Assembly: GCA_041500865.1 (NCBI GenBank)
Contig: JBGQMY010000014.1
Location: 1 to 30,941, forward strand
Direction: 5' to 3'
DNA: 30,941 nucleotides
Origin: Candidatus Micrarchaeia archaeon
GTDB taxonomy: Archaea > Micrarchaeota > Micrarchaeia > Anstonellales > J096
A program made the translations under genes and the position numbers. This document shows, piece after piece, positions 25,848 through 30,941 of the stretch. The notes below the pieces were generated by a model. The model had not been told where the DNA came from, ran no database searches, and worked only from the letters and a program-made list of their open reading frames with translations. Position 1 is the stretch's first letter. Every line of letters starts with the position of its first letter.

Positions 25848-26383
25848 AAATCGCCATATCCGGCTTTGTCGGGACAGGCAAGACCGCCACTGCGGCCAAG
25901 GTCAAGGAACTGCTTGCAAAAAAAGGGATAACCGCGAAAGTCATAATCCCTACGTTCAAGGACATCGCAAAGGAAAAAGGCATTGGCCTGATGGAGGTCC
26001 AGAGGATGGCGGAAAAGGACCCGTCCTTTGACAAGGTTTTCGACGCGCAGACGCTGAAGCTGGCGGCAAAGGCCAAGAACGCGATAGTCTCGTCCTGGCT
26101 TGCAATCTGGATAATAAAGGACGCGGACCTGAAGGTTTTCCTTTACGCGCCGTTTGATGAAAAGGTCAGGAGGGTAGCGGCCAGGGACGGGTTCAACGAG
26201 GAGAAGGCGAAAAGGCACATAGTTGAAAGGGAGGAAATGAACCGGAAAAGATATAAAAAGGTGTATGGCATAGACATAACGGACTATTCCGCAGCCGACG
26301 TATGCATAAACACGTCAAGGTTTGACGTTGAGGGCGTTGCGCGGAACATAGTCTCCGCATTGAAAATCAAGGGAAAGGTCTAG
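25844..26383 (+). CDS. cmk: Cytidylate kinase, archaeal type
   Basis: MKIAISGFVGTGKT P-loop, RYKKVYGID; ATGA overlap with rpl34e in the conserved operon position. Confidence 0.92.
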   Translation: MKIAISGFVGTGKTATAAKVKELLAKKGITAKVIIPTFKDIAKEKGIGLMEVQRMAEKDPSFDKVFDAQTLKLAAKAKNAIVSSWLAIWIIKDADLKVFLYAPFDEKVRRVAARDGFNEEKAKRHIVEREEMNRKRYKKVYGIDITDYSAADVCINTSRFDVEGVARNIVSALKIKGKV

Positions 26384-26392
26384 GGTGTTACA

Positions 26393-26557
26393 ATGGCAGC
26401 AATTGAGAAGGGAAAGGGCGTGCTCATAACAAGAGGGGCGGATTCAGGCAAGAAGGCGGTCATAGAGGACATGGTCAACGTCTTTACGGTCAAGATAAAG
26501 GTAGAGAACGGCAAGTCCAGGAACATAAACATAAGGCACATTGAGCCCATGAAATGA
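26393..26557 (+). CDS. rpl14e: 50S ribosomal protein L14e, short form (54 aa)
   Basis: Manual translation MAAIEKGKGVLITRGADSGKKAVIEDMVNVFTVKIKVENGKSRNINIRHIEPMK: KOW motif and NIRHIEP; conserved position between cmk and cbf5. Not in the ORF track. Confidence 0.88.
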   Translation: MAAIEKGKGVLITRGADSGKKAVIEDMVNVFTVKIKVENGKSRNINIRHIEPMK

Positions 26558-26566
26558 GCCAATCGC

Positions 26567-27430
26567 ATGGAAAATTTAGTTGGCAACTCATTTATTTTCG
26601 TGGACAAGCCCCCTAACATGCTTTCCCATGAGACGACAAGCTGGGTTGGCAGGATTCTGGGCGCCAAGAAGGCTGGCCACATCGGCACGCTTGATCCTAA
26701 AGTCACTGGCGTACTGATAGTGGCATTGGGCAGGGCGACAAGGCTTATCCAGTTCTTTTCCGGAATGAGAAAGGAGTATGCCGCGATAATTGACTGGAAA
26801 AAGGACGTTTCAGAGCAATTTGTGATTAATGCGTTTTCCAAGTTCAAAGGGGAGATAACGCAAACGCCGCCAGAGATGAGCGCGGTCGCGAAACGCCCCA
26901 GGAAAAGGATTGTTCACGAAATTGAGCTTGTTGAGCACAACGGGCGCTTCTCCGTCTTCCGTTGCGTTGTGGACGCCGGAACCTACATACGCACGTTGTG
27001 CAAGGGCATGGGCGGCGAGATGAAGGATTTAAGGAGGACTGCGTCTGGCCCTGTCAAGGAGAAAGATATATTCATCATGCAGAAAATCGTGGATGCCGCA
27101 AACCTCGCGAAAAAGGGCAAAACGTCGGAACTGGAAAGGATGCTGGTCTCGCCCGAGAGGATGATTGACATTTTTGGAATGGGAAAATTATGGATAAACA
27201 GGAAGGCCGCGCTCAGCATTGCGAACGGCGCCCCGTTGGCAGTTCCCGGAATAACAAAAGCAGGCGATTTCGCAAAAGGGGACTACGTTGCGATGTTCCT
27301 CGGGGATGACCTTGTCGGCATAGGCGAGGCGCTTGTTGCTTCAGGCGAAATCAAGAAAACGGGCAGCGGGCTGGCCGTCAAACCCATAAGGGTTGTCGTG
27401 AGCCAGGCTGGGCTTCTTGAAAAGGATTAG
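26567..27430 (+). CDS. cbf5: Pseudouridine synthase Cbf5/TruB with PUA domain
   Basis: DKPP, GHIGTLDPKVTGVL, QTPPEMSAV, AGTYIRTLC, PUA segment GAPLAVPGI. Confidence 0.96.
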   Translation: MENLVGNSFIFVDKPPNMLSHETTSWVGRILGAKKAGHIGTLDPKVTGVLIVALGRATRLIQFFSGMRKEYAAIIDWKKDVSEQFVINAFSKFKGEITQTPPEMSAVAKRPRKRIVHEIELVEHNGRFSVFRCVVDAGTYIRTLCKGMGGEMKDLRRTASGPVKEKDIFIMQKIVDAANLAKKGKTSELERMLVSPERMIDIFGMGKLWINRKAALSIANGAPLAVPGITKAGDFAKGDYVAMFLGDDLVGIGEALVASGEIKKTGSGLAVKPIRVVVSQAGLLEKD

Positions 27431-27460
27431 GTTAAAAACGGTTTTGATGCAAATTGCAGT

Positions 27461-28336
27461 ATGATAGACAGCCAGCAATGGAAGGAGATAAGCGAGAAAA
27501 GCAAGGCAACGTTCCAAAAGGCAGTTGAGAAAGCCGGTTTTAAGCAGTTGGAGAGGGGCCCCAAGCTCCTTCCAGAAAATGCCCTTTCCCTAAGGTACCA
27601 AAACGCAATAATGGGAAACGTGACATTCATATCCGGAAAGGCGCTCAGGGGCGCAGTTTCGCGCATTGCAGGAGACTCCAAACTTGTCGTGTTTGGCGAG
27701 AAGCATACCGCATCCTTGCATAGGGCTCTGCTAAGGAAGTCGCTAAAGTCCATGAAGGAGGCGGGGGTCGATTCCCTGGCAGTGGAGTTCCTTTCCTCCG
27801 ACATGCAGCCTTTGCTGGACGTGTTCGGCAGGTACGAAAGGGGCGCGATAAGGGGGCAGCTTGCGCTCAAATGGGGGAATTACGGCAAGGCAAGCGCAAA
27901 GGCGATATTCCTGCTCATAAAGGAGGCAAAGAGGCGCGGCATCCACGTTGTCGCGATGGACGAGCCAAGCCAAGGCCCAAAAGCACCGAGAATCGATGAG
28001 GATGTAAGAAACCTCAGAAGGGAGGGGCACATGCGCGGCATAATCGCGCAGTGCCTTGAGTCAGGCGGAGTTGCAGTGCTGTGCGGCAAGGAGCACGCAA
28101 TGCGCATAGCAGGGCCGTTCCGCAAGGCGCATGCAACAGCCGTCGTTGAGTTCATCGGGGAGAACCCTCCTGAGCAGAAACAGGACCTTTTTGCAAGGGA
28201 GATGAGCAAGTCGCCCAGCCTCAGGGACAGCTGGTTCATCATGCGCGGGCCAAGGGGGATGGAGCGCAACCGCTTCAACAACGAGACGGAGTTCCCTGAC
28301 TGGGTAATCCACATACCTGAGAAAAGGCCGCATTAG
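27461..28336 (+). CDS. ChaN/EreA/TIKI-superfamily-like hypothetical protein
   Basis: VVFGEKH, LAVEF, VVAMD, RREGHM and VLCGKEH motifs. Confidence 0.55.
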   Translation: MIDSQQWKEISEKSKATFQKAVEKAGFKQLERGPKLLPENALSLRYQNAIMGNVTFISGKALRGAVSRIAGDSKLVVFGEKHTASLHRALLRKSLKSMKEAGVDSLAVEFLSSDMQPLLDVFGRYERGAIRGQLALKWGNYGKASAKAIFLLIKEAKRRGIHVVAMDEPSQGPKAPRIDEDVRNLRREGHMRGIIAQCLESGGVAVLCGKEHAMRIAGPFRKAHATAVVEFIGENPPEQKQDLFAREMSKSPSLRDSWFIMRGPRGMERNRFNNETEFPDWVIHIPEKRPH

Positions 28337-28384
28337 GCAAAAGTGACACGAATAAAAATGTTTTGCCTGATTCAGTAGGATTGC

Positions 28385-28457
28385 GCTCCAGTAGTCTAGC
28401 GGTTAAGGATACCGGTCTCTCACACCGGCGACCCGGGTTCGAATCCCGGCTGGAGCA
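28385..28457 (+). tRNA. tRNA-Glu(CTC)
   Basis: gctccag/ctggagc acceptor stem, ccggt-ct-CTC-ac-accgg anticodon arm, ggttcgaatcc T arm; no encoded CCA. Confidence 0.96.
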
Positions 28458-28515
28458 AAGTCCTTTTTCTTTGCTAAGAAAAAGCACTTGGGGAAAAAGA
28501 AAGCGTTTTGTCGTC

Positions 28516-29010
28516 TTAACTGGATATTGCCGACCTAAGGTTTTTTGGAAGACGCTGTAATTGCCAGTCTTTCCATGCCTTCCTTAGGTTTTTCGGAAGG
28601 TGCCGTGTTTGCCAACTGATTTCTTTGGCAATTTTGACCTCGGCATTGGCAGGATTGGCTGCTGCAACGGCTTTAAGGGCATAGTAAGCAGCGCCGAAAG
28701 CGTGCTGGGGGACATGCGCAGTTGCCACTGCCTGGCCTGCCGCACGCGCGGCAAAGCAGGCCGCGTCATTCTCTTTCGCCTCGCGGGCGGCAGCGTGGGC
28801 ATCGAGCGAGGCCTTTCTTATGTCGGCCATCCTGAACACGCCTGTGCGAACCCACATTCGGCATGCCTCTATGGCTTTGCGGGGCCGACCGTCCTTCGGA
28901 TATGCCTTCTCAAAAAATGGAAGCACCCGTTCGGCGCAGTCTGCAGCCCAGATTGCAAGTGATTTCTGCTCTTGTTTGCTGGATTTCCTCATTGCTTTTG
29001 TTTGAATCAT
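28516..29010 (-). CDS. Imm5-like putative immunity protein
   Basis: LAIWAADCAERVLPFFE...DGRPRKAIEACR...AHAAAR...AARAAGQAVATAHVPQHA. Confidence 0.88.
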   Translation of the reverse strand: MIQTKAMRKSSKQEQKSLAIWAADCAERVLPFFEKAYPKDGRPRKAIEACRMWVRTGVFRMADIRKASLDAHAAAREAKENDAACFAARAAGQAVATAHVPQHAFGAAYYALKAVAAANPANAEVKIAKEISWQTRHLPKNLRKAWKDWQLQRLPKNLRSAISS

Positions 29011-29027
29011 CTAAATTTTATAAACGT

Positions 29028-29042
29028 ATCTGGCAGGAGCAA
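29028..29042 (+). repeat. att-like degenerate repeat of the tRNA-Glu 3' end
   Basis: atctggcaggagcaa versus tRNA atcccggctggagcaa at 28443-28458; the core ggcNggagcaa is 10/11 identical. Confidence 0.6.
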
Positions 29043-29525
29043 TCAGGCGGCAATGCACTCGCTGAACGATTTCGTGAATGAGTCAAACGTTTCATCGCCC
29101 ATGGCTTCGCTCAATTTTTCGATTGATTTTAGGAACTTCACGGTTTCAGTGCGTCCTTCATTTGCGGCTTCGCGCAGGGCTGTCCCGACGACATTGTCTA
29201 TTGCAGTCATAAGCTCCCTTACGTTTCCGCCGGCTTTTGTGTATTCGTTTATAACCAATGCACAGGTTTGGTTGCGCCCATATCTTGCGGCAAGGTGCAG
29301 GGCTGTTCTTTCTACACCATCCTTTGCGGCGATGTCTGCTCCTGCAGCCAAGCACTTTCTTAACTTTGCGTTGTCGCCCTTCCACGCGGCATCGAAGAGC
29401 CTATTATTTAGACTGCCCTGTTCCTCTGTGGACAATGCCAGCTTACCGCTTGGCAGGATGTCGGCTTTGAATTTGGCTGGTTCATTTGCCTGCGCATTCT
29501 CCAGGAGCGGCTTCCTTTCCTGCAT
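29043..29525 (-). CDS. Ankyrin-repeat protein
   Basis: LFDAAWKGD...GADIAAKD, TALHLAARYG, TALREAANEGRTETVKFL. Start probably ATG 29525. Confidence 0.9.
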   Translation of the reverse strand: MQERKPLLENAQANEPAKFKADILPSGKLALSTEEQGSLNNRLFDAAWKGDNAKLRKCLAAGADIAAKDGVERTALHLAARYGRNQTCALVINEYTKAGGNVRELMTAIDNVVGTALREAANEGRTETVKFLKSIEKLSEAMGDETFDSFTKSFSECIAA

Positions 29526-29556
29526 GCTCCTATCGTGCGGCAAAGGGATTAAATGT

Positions 29557-29853
29557 TTACCGTTTCAGGTTCTGCCTCTCCTCAAACGGCTTCTTGCTCT
29601 TTGTTGTCTGGCCTGCCCTGTACTCAACGTTCTTGTTGAACGTTTCTTCTGACATAGGCTTCCCAGGCTCGGGCTTTTCTGCGGCCTTCCTTAACGGGCA
29701 ATAGCCTAATCCGCCTGTTGCGAGCAATATCCCGCCTATGACAACTGCGATGGCCTGGTTTGTGCAGCACAGGTAAATCGCGGCGTACACCAATATTGCG
29801 AAACCCGCAACGAAACTGGCGGCCTGCTCGATGCCGCTCATGTTGGTTTCCAT
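29557..29853 (-). CDS. Small membrane protein, DUF2892/YgaP-like
   Basis: Two TM helices ending in ATGGLGYCPL; GGTGA SD-like motif upstream. Confidence 0.7.
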   Translation of the reverse strand: METNMSGIEQAASFVAGFAILVYAAIYLCCTNQAIAVVIGGILLATGGLGYCPLRKAAEKPEPGKPMSEETFNKNVEYRAGQTTKSKKPFEERQNLKR

Positions 29854-29952
29854 CGGAAAATCACCTTGATGATGTTAATTAATCCGCGTTTAAATAGCTT
29901 GTGGTAAGCACGTCAGCTTCGCTTTATAAACATGGAAAATAGGAAGGGCACG

Positions 29953-30759
29953 ATGGTTGAAGTAAGAGAGATAAGGGCAAAGAACATCATATCCAAGTCC
30001 GGACTCGGAGGAGCGGAATACTCCATAAACCCCTATGTGGGCTGCACGCACTCCTGCATATACTGCTATGCAAGATACATGAAGAGGTTTACAGGCCATG
30101 AAGAGCCCTGGGGCAGTTTCGTTGACGTGAAATTCAACGCATGCGAGCTGATATCCCCGCATGACAACAAATACAGGGAAAAGGACGTATTCCTGTCATC
30201 CGTGACAGACGCATACCAGCCCATTGAAAGAAAATACAGATTAACAAGGGGGATACTGGAAAGGCTGGCCCCGCTTGGCCCGAAGATATGCATCCAAACC
30301 AAATCAGACCTTGTGCTGCGCGACATGGACGTGCTCAAGAAATTCAGGGAATGCGAAATAGGGATGACAATCACTTCGCTGGACGACAATGTAAGGAAGG
30401 AGATTGAGCCTTACGCCTCGTCTGTCCAAGGCAGGCTCAACGCGCTGAAAACGCTCAAGGAAAACGGATTCAGGACGTACGTTTTCATAGGCCCGATAAT
30501 GCCGTATCTCACTGACTGGAAGGGAATAATAGAGACAACAAGGGAATGGGCGGACGGGTTCATGTTCGAGGATTTGACTGTACGGGGCTCAATCTGGCAT
30601 CCTGTAAGAAGGTGGCTGGTTCAGAGGCATCCGGAGCTTCTTGGAAAGTATGAGGACATATATTTGGCAAAAAGCGGCTATTGGGATGGCGTTGAAAACG
30701 AGATAAGGGAATTCTGCGAAACCGAGAGATTGGAATATACTATCTGTTTTCATCATTGA
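29953..30759 (+). CDS. Radical SAM protein, spore photoproduct lyase-like family
   Basis: INPYVGCTHSCIYCYA (CxxxCxxC), SSVTDAYQPIE, QTKSDLVLRD. Start 29953 or 29932. Confidence 0.92.
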   Translation: MVEVREIRAKNIISKSGLGGAEYSINPYVGCTHSCIYCYARYMKRFTGHEEPWGSFVDVKFNACELISPHDNKYREKDVFLSSVTDAYQPIERKYRLTRGILERLAPLGPKICIQTKSDLVLRDMDVLKKFRECEIGMTITSLDDNVRKEIEPYASSVQGRLNALKTLKENGFRTYVFIGPIMPYLTDWKGIIETTREWADGFMFEDLTVRGSIWHPVRRWLVQRHPELLGKYEDIYLAKSGYWDGVENEIREFCETERLEYTICFHH

Positions 30760-30771
30760 AGGCGGCAGAGC

Positions 30772-30941
30772 TCACGCTGCGAGGCACTTGGCGAAGGATT
30801 TCATGAACGAATTGGACATTTCCTTTCCTATGGCTGCACCCAGCTTTTCTATTGATCCAAAGAGCTGCTTGGTTTCGGTGTGTCCGTTCCATGCAGCCCT
30901 TTGCAGGACCGTCCAGCCGTCTTTGTCTATTATGTCAATTA
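30772..30941 (-). CDS. Second ankyrin-repeat protein, C-terminal part (start lies beyond the window)
   Basis: Manual translation ...IDIIDKDGWTVLQRAAWNGHTETKQLFGSIEKLGAAIGKEMSNSFMKSFAKCLAA*; paralog of 29043-29525. Confidence 0.85.
   Translation of the reverse strand, partial: IDIIDKDGWTVLQRAAWNGHTETKQLFGSIEKLGAAIGKEMSNSFMKSFAKCLAA

Overview
Archaeal chromosome segment, most consistent with a DPANN, Micrarchaeota-like lineage. This is inferred from archaeal-type ThrRS, FEN1, aMBF1, deoxyhypusine synthase, Sec61beta, the L34e-cmk-L14e-cbf5 operon, TATA boxes about 25 nt before many start codons, and many orphan lipoproteins. Housekeeping genes alternate with accessory genes. The main unexplained structure is at the two tRNA genes, an intron-containing tRNA-Ser(CGA) and tRNA-Glu(CTC). 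Each is followed by small, self-promoted accessory modules separated by progressively decayed copies of that tRNA's own 3' end, with no integrase in the window, which suggests a tRNA-anchored cassette array. Other highlights: a 94-nt three-hairpin tRNA intron; an unassigned structured RNA candidate of about 230 nt (4911-5139); a second long intergenic hairpin (21615-21711); a soluble LemA-like gene with an RHH-like partner; two ankyrin paralogs sharing a C-terminal tail that ends in CIAA/CLAA; tandem Cys-rich transglutaminase-like surface proteins with a 72-bp identical patch; and several small genes missing from the ORF track. All family calls come from motif recognition by eye, and no database search was run.
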